NCBI GenBank assembly: GCA_965206745.1
Contig: OZ242220.1
Coordinates: 480,001 to 544,000, forward strand
Direction: 5' to 3'
DNA from: Nitrosopumilus sp.
GTDB taxonomy: Archaea; Thermoproteota; Nitrososphaeria; Nitrososphaerales; Nitrosopumilaceae
Length of the DNA stretch: 64,000 nucleotides
Positions 41,335-50,939 of this stretch are shown here, piece after piece. Under the pieces are notes generated by a model. The model was not told the origin of the DNA, ran no database searches, and saw only the letters and a program-made list of their open reading frames with translations. Position 1 is the stretch's first letter. Each line of letters begins with the position of its first letter. A program made the position numbers and the translations under genes.

Positions 41335-42255
41335 TTATGATTTTTCGTCTCTGTTGGACATTGCCACATTAAACTGCTTGAATGTATCTTCTGCCATGTC
41401 TCTGATCTTGTCCTGTAATAGCACGTCTCCGTCTAGAAACTCACTGGGATTCACTTTGATTGATATGACAGGATATTTCACACATCTGTCTCTCCCTGGT
41501 TCTAAAGAGACGTTGCCATGTTGATCTAAAACTACGTAACGCGGGTCACGCCGAGTAGGCATTTTTACTGCATCTTCAAACGCATTTTCTAGTTTTATAA
41601 CCAAGTTGCAATCTTGTTTAAAATAACGGTCATACCGTTTATTTCCATATCCTAAAGGTTCATACAAATTGACTGCAGCTACTCTGATACAATGAATATC
41701 CGAAATACTCCATATTCCATGTTTGGTTACAATATATGAGAGAGGATCAATAAATTGAGATTTTTCAGACATTGGAGCTATGCCTATTCCCTTTTTAGTA
41801 TAACCAAGAATGAATGGTTTGCTGTGTCTTGCTACTAATTGTTGTGTGGTAGAAAACGCATAGTCTAATTGCAATCTTCCTTCTGAGAGAAATCGTAAAG
41901 AACCAAATTCGATTATTCCGTTAACCATGCAATCATATATTCTTGGAACCATTTCATCAATGGTGTAATGTATGTATGCAACATTGTCCCAAAATTCTTT
42001 TTTTAACCTCGTTTCGATCTCTTGATCACTCATTGTGTCCTTCCAATTATCATAGATTTTTTGGGGACTCACCCCACATGCAAAGATATGGTGTGGTCTG
42101 TTTTTGGCCTGTTGTATTATGCAGATATTTCCATCTTCATCTTGGCCTATTTCCAATTTCTGATCCAATTCATTACACATCTTTGATGCATCTTCAAGCA
42201 ACAAACGAAATCTGGCATGATTCCATGATGAATCTATCTTGCCATATGATTTCAT
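41335..42255 (-). CDS. hypothetical protein
   Basis: 306-aa ORF divergent from TBP paralogue 1; no recognisable motif. Confidence 0.7.
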   Translation of the reverse strand: MKSYGKIDSSWNHARFRLLLEDASKMCNELDQKLEIGQDEDGNICIIQQAKNRPHHIFACGVSPQKIYDNWKDTMSDQEIETRLKKEFWDNVAYIHYTIDEMVPRIYDCMVNGIIEFGSLRFLSEGRLQLDYAFSTTQQLVARHSKPFILGYTKKGIGIAPMSEKSQFIDPLSYIVTKHGIWSISDIHCIRVAAVNLYEPLGYGNKRYDRYFKQDCNLVIKLENAFEDAVKMPTRRDPRYVVLDQHGNVSLEPGRDRCVKYPVISIKVNPSEFLDGDVLLQDKIRDMAEDTFKQFNVAMSNRDEKS

Positions 42256-42391
42256 ATGATGGTATTTTTTAATATCTTATTAAATTTTTAGTAGAAAAAA
42301 ATCACAATTGAAAAATATGATCAGATAAAGGATGATTCAAACAATGTTGCTTTTTTCAAAGTGTATTAAGGGTATAACATTCAATAAAAGA

Positions 42392-42931
42392 ATGTCACTT
42401 TCAAGTTCAAAACTTAGATCAGAGATAAAAATTCAAAACACTGTAACCACGGCAGATCTCAAGCAGGAGATAAATCTGACATCTTTTAACAAACACAAAC
42501 ATCTTAGCTCAAATCTAGAACTATACAGATGTGGCTATGTTAAAGATGACACCATGACAGGCAGAGTTACCGTCTTTAGAACCGGAAAACTCATCTCAGT
42601 TGGAACAAAAAGTCCAGGGCAGGCAAAAAAAGAGCTAGCCAAAGCATGTAAGATACTACAGAAATACAAGATTGCAAAACCTGTTAAAATTACTCCACAA
42701 ACAAGAAACATTGTATCAAGATTTGACATGAAGAAAAAATTACCAATAGAAAAACTTGCAAGAACACTGCCAAAATCCATGTATGAGCCAGAACAGTTTC
42801 CTGGACTGATTTATAGAATTCAGGGCAGCTGTGTTGCCCTGATATTTGCATCAGGAAAAGGAGTCATTGCAGGAGCAAAGTCAATAGAGGAAACAAATGC
42901 GGCATTCTTTGATGTAAAATCACGGCTCTAG
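42392..42931 (+). CDS. tbp: divergent TATA-box-binding protein paralogue 1
   Basis: Two TBP repeats: IQNTVTTADL..VTVFRTGKLISVGTKS and RNIVSRFD..YEPEQFPGLIYR..LIFASGKGVIAGAKS. Likely start ATG at 42392. Confidence 0.85.
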   Translation: MSLSSSKLRSEIKIQNTVTTADLKQEINLTSFNKHKHLSSNLELYRCGYVKDDTMTGRVTVFRTGKLISVGTKSPGQAKKELAKACKILQKYKIAKPVKITPQTRNIVSRFDMKKKLPIEKLARTLPKSMYEPEQFPGLIYRIQGSCVALIFASGKGVIAGAKSIEETNAAFFDVKSRL

Positions 42932-43011
42932 CATAAAATACAAAAATAAAACAACTAGAACCATATCCTAAAACTATGGCACAAAAATAGAAATTATGCA
43001 ACAAATATCCG

Positions 43012-43935
43012 TTGACTACCTATCCTACATCTAGAGCGACTATCTTGTTTGAGGAGTCAATAAAGTCAAAGTACACCAAAAAGAACTACACGTCACACCT
43101 TAACCAATTCCTGAGATTTGCAGATATGCATTCTGAGAACCAACTGCTGAAAATACCTCATATGGAACTGCAGTACAAGCTAGAAAATTACCTAATAGAG
43201 TTAAAACATACCACAAACCCCAATTCAATATCGTCAAGGTTTCAGGGGATAAAGCACTTTTGTATTATGAACGAGATCAACCTCAACTGGAATATCATAC
43301 ACAAGATGTTCCCGCAAAGACAGAAAACCCAGAGTCTGCGTTCGTACACTTGCAAGGAAATCAGAGAGTTGTTATCTTGTGCAAAAAGTCTGCGTGATAC
43401 AGCCTTGATTCATTTTTTGGCATCGACTGGTGCAAGAATAGGAGTGTTTGATAATGTACTGTCAATGAAACATCTCAGAAAAATATCACACGGTTGCAAT
43501 GCCGTCAAGGTCTATGCAGGACAAGTTGAGGAATATTGGGTTTTTCTTACACCTCAGGCCTCAAGGGCATTGAATGTTTATCACAAATATCGTAAGCAGC
43601 ATGGTGAGATGTTTTGTGAAGACACTCCAATCTTTGCTATAATGAGTGCATCCCATGGACAGCTGGGATGGAGTGGTGCAAGATCTGCAGTATACAGAAC
43701 AGTCTCAAGAAGCAACATAAGACAAGATAAACAAGATAGTAGATATGATGTGCAGGTGGACCACGGATTCAGAAAGAGATTCAACACTATTCTAAAACTG
43801 GATAATTCTGTAAACTATAACATTGCCGAAAAGCTAATGGGACACAAGAATGGACTTGATGGTGTATATCTGACTCCTACTCTAGATGAACTCTTTGTGG
43901 AATTTAGAAAAGTGATGCATAAAATTGAGGTTTAA
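43012..43935 (+). CDS. tyrosine recombinase/integrase
   Basis: Catalytic residues present: STGARIG (R), HGFR (HxxR), LMGH (H), DGVY (Y). Confidence 0.92.
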   Translation: MTTYPTSRATILFEESIKSKYTKKNYTSHLNQFLRFADMHSENQLLKIPHMELQYKLENYLIELKHTTNPNSISSRFQGIKHFCIMNEINLNWNIIHKMFPQRQKTQSLRSYTCKEIRELLSCAKSLRDTALIHFLASTGARIGVFDNVLSMKHLRKISHGCNAVKVYAGQVEEYWVFLTPQASRALNVYHKYRKQHGEMFCEDTPIFAIMSASHGQLGWSGARSAVYRTVSRSNIRQDKQDSRYDVQVDHGFRKRFNTILKLDNSVNYNIAEKLMGHKNGLDGVYLTPTLDELFVEFRKVMHKIEV

Positions 43936-44044
43936 TCTTTTTTCTTTTAATTCAACCATTTATTGATATGGGACTATTTGAATCAAAAGTCCAAATATTC
44001 TTTCTCAAGAAAAGATATAATTTACAGATGAAATTATCTACAAA

Positions 44045-44878
44045 ATGGCAAAACTTATTTGTACTCTAAAAGAATTTACATATTTTATCGATCCAAGAGT
44101 AAGGAATAATGTTGCCACCATGACAAAACGATCAAAAAATCTCCTAGATTACAAATGTCAAAAATGCAATGAAAAAAAAGAATTAGATGCAGCCCATAAA
44201 CATGGGAGCAGCAGACCTGAGATTATTCGTAATGTTTTAAATAATTACAAAACAAATGATGATGAATATGAAATTGATGATTTGCAGAAAATAATCGATG
44301 AAATCAATGTAGCTCACACTCCCATTGAAGATCACTTTATATTTTTATGCAAAACATGTCACCGAGAATACGATTCATGGACACGGAATCTCGTCAACAC
44401 ACAACTTGAAGATGGCAATAGTAAAAAATCCTACAACATACAACCAAATAAATCACAAGAATCAAAGATACTCACAAATCTAGGTGATAATAACAATCCT
44501 GCTGAAATTTTATTCAAGGATGAGACCCGGAGTTGGAAATACAAGCTTGGTTGGACATCAATCCAAAATAGAAAAAATATCGAAGAACTAATTTCTAAAA
44601 TAGAAGCAAATTTTGATTGCTATCCGATTGCCCGCAATTCATGGTATTATTATAAACGAAATGACAACGACAAACAATTCTCAGCAATAAAAACCAACAT
44701 AAATGATTCAGAGATATGTTTTAGAATAGAACCTCTCTCTTTTGACATTAAGGATCCAAGAATAATTCATGGTAAGAGGTGGTTTTTTCCAGAAGGCAAA
44801 GAAAGAAAAATCAAGATCATCCCAGAAAACTATGAATTAATTTTGAAATGTTTGGATTATTCATACAAAATATCTTGA
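44045..44878 (+). CDS. putative HNH-type endonuclease with additional C-terminal domain
   Basis: CQKC..LDAAH....LCKTCH zinc/HNH-like pattern in the N-terminal half. Confidence 0.55.
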   Translation: MAKLICTLKEFTYFIDPRVRNNVATMTKRSKNLLDYKCQKCNEKKELDAAHKHGSSRPEIIRNVLNNYKTNDDEYEIDDLQKIIDEINVAHTPIEDHFIFLCKTCHREYDSWTRNLVNTQLEDGNSKKSYNIQPNKSQESKILTNLGDNNNPAEILFKDETRSWKYKLGWTSIQNRKNIEELISKIEANFDCYPIARNSWYYYKRNDNDKQFSAIKTNINDSEICFRIEPLSFDIKDPRIIHGKRWFFPEGKERKIKIIPENYELILKCLDYSYKIS

Positions 44879-45041
44879 TGTATTATTTCAGATAGAATTA
44901 CCCAATTATCAATTTGAATAGAAGATGAGGTATCTAGTGGATAAATTCAGATTTGTAAAAAATCCTCTAAAAACGAAAATATTGATTAATATTTCCATGT
45001 TGTAGTTGGTTTTTGATCCTAATAGAGAATTATGCTTGTAT

Positions 45042-46340
45042 CTATGTCTCTATAACTTGACCGAACTGTAACTTTATAGTTACAGTTAATCTCATGCATA
45101 AAATTATGATGATTATGAATTGTATACAATTTATTGCGTCAACTCCTGACAGGATTGACGCAATTTTTTGTTGTTCTGGTAGATATTTTGGAACGAGTAT
45201 TAACATTTTTTTAATTTCAGTCTTACTAATTTCTAGAAAAGTTGTTCCATATGATAATCGGATTAGGGTATTTTTATTGTTACATAATAAATAAAAAATG
45301 AATAAATTATCAAATTTATTATTACAAATTATATTTTGAAAACCTTGATTGGTAGATATTGGGTTGGCAGTTATTGCACATTCTCCAATAGTTGCTCTAG
45401 AAGTGAGTAAAATTGTACCTTTTGGTAATAATTTAGCTGAACTATCTTTTAATCCTTTTTCTGTAATCTTTCTTTCAGTATTATTAATGTAAGTTGTTTG
45501 TAACTTTGTAATATCTGTTGGAACCGCCCACAATATATTCCCATTCCAGTATTCTTTATTTTTAGAATTTGGTGTGCCACCACTGACTATTTCTCCTATA
45601 TTATCAAGCTTTGTTATTTTCCATTCTTCTGGAATTTCAATCTCTTTTCTAAATAATCCTTTAACTTTCTTAAACTTTGTATGTCTAATTCCTCTAGCCA
45701 ATAATTCTTGCATCAATCCTTTCTTTAATCGTCCAGCTTTATCCACAACTTGTTGTGTATTTTGTATCAATGCGTCAACATTAGAAAGAATTGATGCAAT
45801 TTTTTGTTGTTCGTTGATAAGAGGTAATAAAATTGGCATAATGGAATATTGTTTTGCATTAACATTGGGTTGAACTCCCCATGTTTGTATCGATAATAAC
45901 CATGCCCAATAAAATTTTGAATGTGTTAAATAAAAAAGAAATTTAGAATCAAGATTTTTATTGTCAGGTTTAAAACGAATTAGATATCCTGCAAATGCAC
46001 ATGTTTCATTACTTTCTTGATGAAGATATGTTTTGCCAACTGTTGCGCCAGTTCTTGCAAATAGAATATCTCCTTCATATAAAATATAATCTTGAGCATC
46101 TTCTTCGGATATTGATTTCCATTCTGAATATCTTAATGTTCCATTATCATTTAGATCTGTGATACGTATGTATCGAGGTAATTTTAGATTTTTTTCTATT
46201 GCTGACACAGATACACCATATTCAGCTTTACCAATACAATTTTCAGATAATGTTGTTTTCTTCCATTCTTCTGGAATCTCCATCACTTTTCCAAAAATCC
46301 ATTTTAGTAACTTGTAACCTTGTCTTGGTTTTCTAGCCAT
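45042..46340 (-). CDS. hsdS: hsdS-A: type I S subunit with two TRDs but no C-terminal conserved helix (probable silent cassette)
   Basis: MARKPRQGYK..IPEEW TRD1, central EQQKIASILSNVDA..KKGLMQELL, then TRD2. After EQQKIASILSGVDA the frame runs into unrelated sequence (INCIQFIIIIIL..). Confidence 0.88.
   Translation of the reverse strand: MARKPRQGYKLLKWIFGKVMEIPEEWKKTTLSENCIGKAEYGVSVSAIEKNLKLPRYIRITDLNDNGTLRYSEWKSISEEDAQDYILYEGDILFARTGATVGKTYLHQESNETCAFAGYLIRFKPDNKNLDSKFLFYLTHSKFYWAWLLSIQTWGVQPNVNAKQYSIMPILLPLINEQQKIASILSNVDALIQNTQQVVDKAGRLKKGLMQELLARGIRHTKFKKVKGLFRKEIEIPEEWKITKLDNIGEIVSGGTPNSKNKEYWNGNILWAVPTDITKLQTTYINNTERKITEKGLKDSSAKLLPKGTILLTSRATIGECAITANPISTNQGFQNIICNNKFDNLFIFYLLCNNKNTLIRLSYGTTFLEISKTEIKKMLILVPKYLPEQQKIASILSGVDAINCIQFIIIIILCMRLTVTIKLQFGQVIET
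45135..45167 (-). repeat. IR2-left: distal inverted repeat, pairs with 56921..56953
   Basis: Reverse complement AAAATTGCGTCAATCCTGTCAGGAGTTGACGCA is 32/33 identical to 56921..56953. The site is itself a near-perfect palindrome (45133..45164). Confidence 0.9.
45699..45812 (-). repeat. IR1-left: central inverted repeat, pairs with 56288..56401
   Basis: 114 bp; its reverse complement is identical to 56288..56401 on base-by-base comparison. Confidence 0.95.
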
Positions 46341-46347
46341 AATTGAT

Positions 46348-46890
46348 TTATTTAAGCAACCCATTTAATCTTTGAATTATCTCAAAAGAGGCAGTGTTTA
46401 ACTCATTTGCAGATTTTGCACCTATGATTACAATTTTTCCTGATGCAAAAACAAGACAGCTACAACTATCCAATCCTTTTACTATCATACCTGGAAATGT
46501 TTCAGGATCATACACTACACCATCCATCTTTGTTGATATGATGTCAATCGGTATTGCTTTACCTGTTGTAACTGTAGCTACAATATTTCTAATCTTTGTT
46601 GATAATGTTACATTTTTTATCATGTTGTGTTCTAACAGATGGAATTTAGATTGGTTTAACTGCTCTTTTGCCCTTTTAATTGACTTTGCGCCAACTGATA
46701 TCATCTTACCACTTAGAAAAATAGTAACACGACCATCCATTTCAGGTATTTTGACATATCCGCATCTACCACCATATATTGCCTCATCATAAATACAACA
46801 AGGGATTTTTACAAATTTTAATATGTCTACTTTTTGCTTTAAATCTGCAGTACATACAACATTGTGAATTTTGGGTTTTAGATTCAACAA
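46348..46890 (-). CDS. tbp: divergent TATA-box-binding protein paralogue 2
   Basis: IHNVVCTADL..VTIFLSGKMISVGAKS and IRNIVATV..YDPETFPGMIVK..LVFASGKIVIIGAKS. Likely TTG start at 46890 or 46887. Ends 7 bp before the hsdS-A start. Confidence 0.85.
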   Translation of the reverse strand: MLNLKPKIHNVVCTADLKQKVDILKFVKIPCCIYDEAIYGGRCGYVKIPEMDGRVTIFLSGKMISVGAKSIKRAKEQLNQSKFHLLEHNMIKNVTLSTKIRNIVATVTTGKAIPIDIISTKMDGVVYDPETFPGMIVKGLDSCSCLVFASGKIVIIGAKSANELNTASFEIIQRLNGLLK

Positions 46891-46954
46891 AACAGAACAC
46901 TTTGCGGCTCTTAAATATCCCTCATTTTTGATAAAATATTTAGATGATGTAAAT
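46891..46954. promoter_or_regulatory. putative compact divergent promoter region between tbp2/hsdS-A and hsdR
   Basis: 64-bp AT-rich gap between head-to-head starts, with TATA-like CTTAAATA and TTGATAAAATATTTA. Inferred from position only. Confidence 0.4.
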
Positions 46955-49900
46955 ATGTCAAAACTATTGGATTTTAATGTAGGTACAGGTGATGAGGCAG
47001 AACAATCAGAGATCCCAGCACTAGAACAGCTAGTCAAAATGGGATATCAATATATTTCAAAAAATGACCTAAAAAGAGAACGAAGAAAAACAACCGAAGT
47101 CTTATTGTATGACAGATTAAATAATGCAATTAAAAGAATCAATCCTCAACTAGATTCAGATGGAATCGATGATGCAGTAAATCAGATCAAAGAAGATACA
47201 TTTCCATTTACATATGATACAATGAATACTAATGAAAAGATTCGAGCTAAATTAATTGGATTGTCTCAAACAGGAGGACTGGAACCAATAACAGTTGATC
47301 AACATGATAAAAACAGGACCATAAAAAAGACTGTAAAACTTTTTGATTTTGATGATATAGATAACAATGATTTTATTGTTACAAATCAATTTGAATTGCA
47401 GGGACTCAAAAATCTAATATATCCCGACATTGTTTTATTTGTAAATGGCATTCCATTAGTTATCATAGAATGCAAATCACCATTTAGAAGAAATTGGTTA
47501 GTTGATGCAGTAGAAAAAGAAAATTTCAATAAATATCGTTCTAGAGGAGCAGGTTATGAAAAACTAATGTTCTACAATCACATTCTAGTTGCAACTTGTG
47601 GCACACAAGCAAGACATGGAACAATATCGTCAGATTTAAATCATTTTCAAAATAGCAGATGGTCAAGCGCATATCCATTAACTGAAAAAGAGATTGAAGA
47701 AAAATTTGGAAAAAACAGAGAACAAGAGATTTTAATTGCAGGAATGCTTGACAAATCCCATCTTTTGGATTTACTAAAAAATTATGTACTTTATCAAACA
47801 GTTAACAACAAGCGAATCAAAATTATTGCAAAACATCAACAATATAGAGCAGTCAGAAAATGTGTTGAAAAAATTAAAACTGCAAACACCAGACAAGGAG
47901 GAATTATCTGGCACACTCAGGGTTCAGGAAAATCCTTTACAATGCTGTGGGTTGCAAGGCAGGCAATAGAATATGATAATTTGCCTCTAGTCATAGTCAC
48001 AGACAGGCGTCAATTAGATAAACAAATCCACACTACTTTTACACAAGTTGGATTCCCAAATCCAATAAAGGCATACAAATCAGCACAACTTGCAGATTTT
48101 ATAAAATCACCAAAGGGTAAAACCATGATGACTACAATTCAAAAATTTGAGGAAATTAGTGAATCTACAGATGAGAAAATTATCGTTCTAGTGGATGAGG
48201 CACATCGGTCACAGTTTGGAATCGATGCAGGTGCAATGGATAAAGCAATTCCAAATGGGATTTACTTTGGGTTTTCTGGAACTCCAATTGATAACAAAGA
48301 TAAATCCGTATATCGAGTATTTGGTGATCTAATAGACAAATATGGATTTGAAGAATCAAAAGCAGATGGTGCTACCATCCCGATAAGATATGTTGGACGA
48401 TTGCCAAATCTCTTTGTCGAAGATGATGAATCTATCGATATCTTATTTGATAGAATTATTGGTTCTGAACCAAACATGACGCCAGAACTAAAAGAACAGC
48501 TAAAAAAAGAATATGTGAATAAAGATAAAATTATACAAGCTCCTCAAAGGATTAAAAAAATTGCATTGGATATTGTAGAGCATTACACTAATAACATTCA
48601 AGATAATGGCTACAAGGCAATGATTGTGGCATCATCACAAGAATCTGCAGTACTATACAAAGAAGAATTAGATCGCCTCAATGCTCCGCCATCAAAAATC
48701 ATCATGGATCAAAGGATTGGCAAGACAGGAAAAGATGGAACAAGTTGGGATGTCCATTATCTAACCGATTCTCAAAAAAGACAAATAGAAGATTCTTTCA
48801 AAAATCCAGATAATGAGATTAAAATTTTGATAGTTGTTGATATGTTGCTAGTTGGATTTGATGCACCGATAGTCAAAGTGATGTATCTTGATAAATCCCT
48901 CAAAGAGCATGCACTACTTCAGGCAATTGCACGTGTAAACAGGTCATATGATGAATGGAAAGAAGAGGGATTGATTGTAGATTATTATGGCATAACTAAG
49001 AATATTCAAAAAGCATTAGAAACTTTTGATCCAAAAGATATCAAAGGAGCTTGGGAATCTGATGACTCGCAACTAGATATACTAAAAATATATCATACAC
49101 AAACAATGAATTATCTCAAAGGATTAGATAAAAACAAACCGGAACAAATCATAGAAGCATTTGAATCCATTGATAAAAGAGAGGCATTTGAGGATTATTT
49201 TAAAAAATTTTCCAAAGTTCTAAATTCACAATTATATAAAACGGAATCATCTCAATACATTTCTGATTTTAAGGAATTGAGTAAGATCAGAGCATTGTTG
49301 AGAAACTGGTATGAGAATCCAAAAAATTCTACTCGAAAATATGCTGTGATGATTCAGAAATTAATTGATGATGCAATAGGAGCAACTGGTGTTTCTGAAC
49401 TTGTAAAACCAATGGAAATAACATATGATAATTTCTTAGCATATGTCTTAAAATTTAAATCTTCAAGAGCTAGAACTGCACTTATTAAAAATAAAGCAGA
49501 GCAAGTGATTATGGAAAATTACTCCCATAATCCAGTATATTATGAAAAATTGCGGGAATTACTTAAACGATTAATCTCAGAAGAAAAACAAAGAAGAGAA
49601 GAGAATGCGGAGTATGTTGATTCAACCATGGAGGAAAAATTCAAGGAAATTTATAATAAAGCATTAGATATAGAAAAAGAAAGAAAAAATCTTGGGTTTG
49701 ATAGAGACATAGAATTTTCAATATATGGATTAATTAAAGAATATAAAAAAGATAAGAATAAATCAATTGAAATTACAAAGAGATTATCTGAAAAAATATT
49801 ACCTGAGACAGAAATTATTGAATGGCATCATAAATTAAGCATCAAACGAAAGATTGAAAAAATCACATATGATATTCTAGATTCATTTGGTATTGTGGAT

Positions 49901-49960
49901 GAAGATATATCAAAATTATCGGAAAAGATTTTAACATTGCTCAATTGTGATAACTTGTGA
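46955..49960 (+). CDS. hsdR: type I restriction enzyme R subunit (locus 2)
   Basis: YPDIVLFVNGIPLVIIECK, HTQGSGKS, DEAHRSQ, GFSGTP, VGFDAP, QAIARVNR. Likely start ATG at 46955 (MSKLLDF). Confidence 0.95.
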   Translation: MSKLLDFNVGTGDEAEQSEIPALEQLVKMGYQYISKNDLKRERRKTTEVLLYDRLNNAIKRINPQLDSDGIDDAVNQIKEDTFPFTYDTMNTNEKIRAKLIGLSQTGGLEPITVDQHDKNRTIKKTVKLFDFDDIDNNDFIVTNQFELQGLKNLIYPDIVLFVNGIPLVIIECKSPFRRNWLVDAVEKENFNKYRSRGAGYEKLMFYNHILVATCGTQARHGTISSDLNHFQNSRWSSAYPLTEKEIEEKFGKNREQEILIAGMLDKSHLLDLLKNYVLYQTVNNKRIKIIAKHQQYRAVRKCVEKIKTANTRQGGIIWHTQGSGKSFTMLWVARQAIEYDNLPLVIVTDRRQLDKQIHTTFTQVGFPNPIKAYKSAQLADFIKSPKGKTMMTTIQKFEEISESTDEKIIVLVDEAHRSQFGIDAGAMDKAIPNGIYFGFSGTPIDNKDKSVYRVFGDLIDKYGFEESKADGATIPIRYVGRLPNLFVEDDESIDILFDRIIGSEPNMTPELKEQLKKEYVNKDKIIQAPQRIKKIALDIVEHYTNNIQDNGYKAMIVASSQESAVLYKEELDRLNAPPSKIIMDQRIGKTGKDGTSWDVHYLTDSQKRQIEDSFKNPDNEIKILIVVDMLLVGFDAPIVKVMYLDKSLKEHALLQAIARVNRSYDEWKEEGLIVDYYGITKNIQKALETFDPKDIKGAWESDDSQLDILKIYHTQTMNYLKGLDKNKPEQIIEAFESIDKREAFEDYFKKFSKVLNSQLYKTESSQYISDFKELSKIRALLRNWYENPKNSTRKYAVMIQKLIDDAIGATGVSELVKPMEITYDNFLAYVLKFKSSRARTALIKNKAEQVIMENYSHNPVYYEKLRELLKRLISEEKQRREENAEYVDSTMEEKFKEIYNKALDIEKERKNLGFDRDIEFSIYGLIKEYKKDKNKSIEITKRLSEKILPETEIIEWHHKLSIKRKIEKITYDILDSFGIVDEDISKLSEKILTLLNCDNL

Positions 49961-50652
49961 TTAAAAAAATAAAATATCTTGATTCTGTGATAGAATATGA
50001 CTTAATCAAAAGTAAACGTAGAAAGACATCACAAATCACAATTACACCTGATAAAATAACGATAAGAACACCAGATACGAAATCTTCAGCAGATGTAGAA
50101 AAAATTGTACAAAAAAAGGCACAATGGATATTTAAAAAACAATTACATTTTATTGGACAAAAAAAACCAGTTTTTTCATTAAAATCGCTTTTACTAATTT
50201 ACGGCAAAAATTACAAAATCAAGATTATTCCCAACAATACGGAAAAAACATGTCTGAATGGAGATGTTATAGAATTTCACATATCACAAAAGAAATACAA
50301 TACAAAGCAGATCAAAGCACAGTATGATGCATATTTGAGGAAAAAAGCGTACGTATTGTTTCCAAAATGGACCAAAGTATTAGCAGAAAAAATTGATGTG
50401 CATCCAACCAAAATCAACATCAAAGAGCTCCGAGGTAGATGGGGAAGTGCTACTGCTACAGGTGCGATCAATCTTAATTCCAATCTGATAAAGGCTCCAA
50501 AAAAGATCATCAGATATGTTATTTTTCATGAATTATGTCATTTTAAAATCAAAGAACATTCACATCATTTTTGGAATCTAATGGGACAACATATGCCTGA
50601 ATATAAGGAATCAATAAAATGGTTAGAAGCAAATGGAATCAAAATCAGTTAA
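49957..50652 (+). CDS. M48/YgjP (DUF45) family metallopeptidase-like protein
   Basis: RGRWGSA, YVIFHELCH..HSHHFW. Overlaps the hsdR stop. Confidence 0.88.
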   Translation: MIKKIKYLDSVIEYDLIKSKRRKTSQITITPDKITIRTPDTKSSADVEKIVQKKAQWIFKKQLHFIGQKKPVFSLKSLLLIYGKNYKIKIIPNNTEKTCLNGDVIEFHISQKKYNTKQIKAQYDAYLRKKAYVLFPKWTKVLAEKIDVHPTKINIKELRGRWGSATATGAINLNSNLIKAPKKIIRYVIFHELCHFKIKEHSHHFWNLMGQHMPEYKESIKWLEANGIKIS

Positions 50653-50689
50653 GATGTATTTTTGATGCTAAAATAGTATGATATCGTCT

Positions 50690-50810
50690 ATTCAAAAACC
50701 AAATACAAAAATGTATTCCACAAAGAAAAAGATAACAAGGTTGTTCAGAAAATGCTTACAATGTACATGGTATTGAAAGAAAAAAATGACATATGAAAAG
50801 ACAGATCATA
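50690..50810 (+). mobile_element. IS630-like N-terminal fragment
   Basis: KEKDNKVVQKMLTMYMVLKEK, similar to the fragments at about 24.3 and 54.5 kb. Limits approximate. Confidence 0.4.
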
Positions 50811-50939
50811 TACTTATGCATTCTTCTGATGGAGTATCCATATGGGTACAAAGAGGATCGTCTTTATGCCTTCGTAGAGGAGAGATCTTCCATGAATTAA
50901 TAGGTCTCCATAGATATCATATACAAAACTTAACAAGAT

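Noticed and set aside
46871-47037. Apparent head-to-head overlap of the tbp2 and hsdR ORFs in the track.
   Set aside because: Artefact of longest-ORF calling; the likely starts (46890 and 46955) do not overlap.
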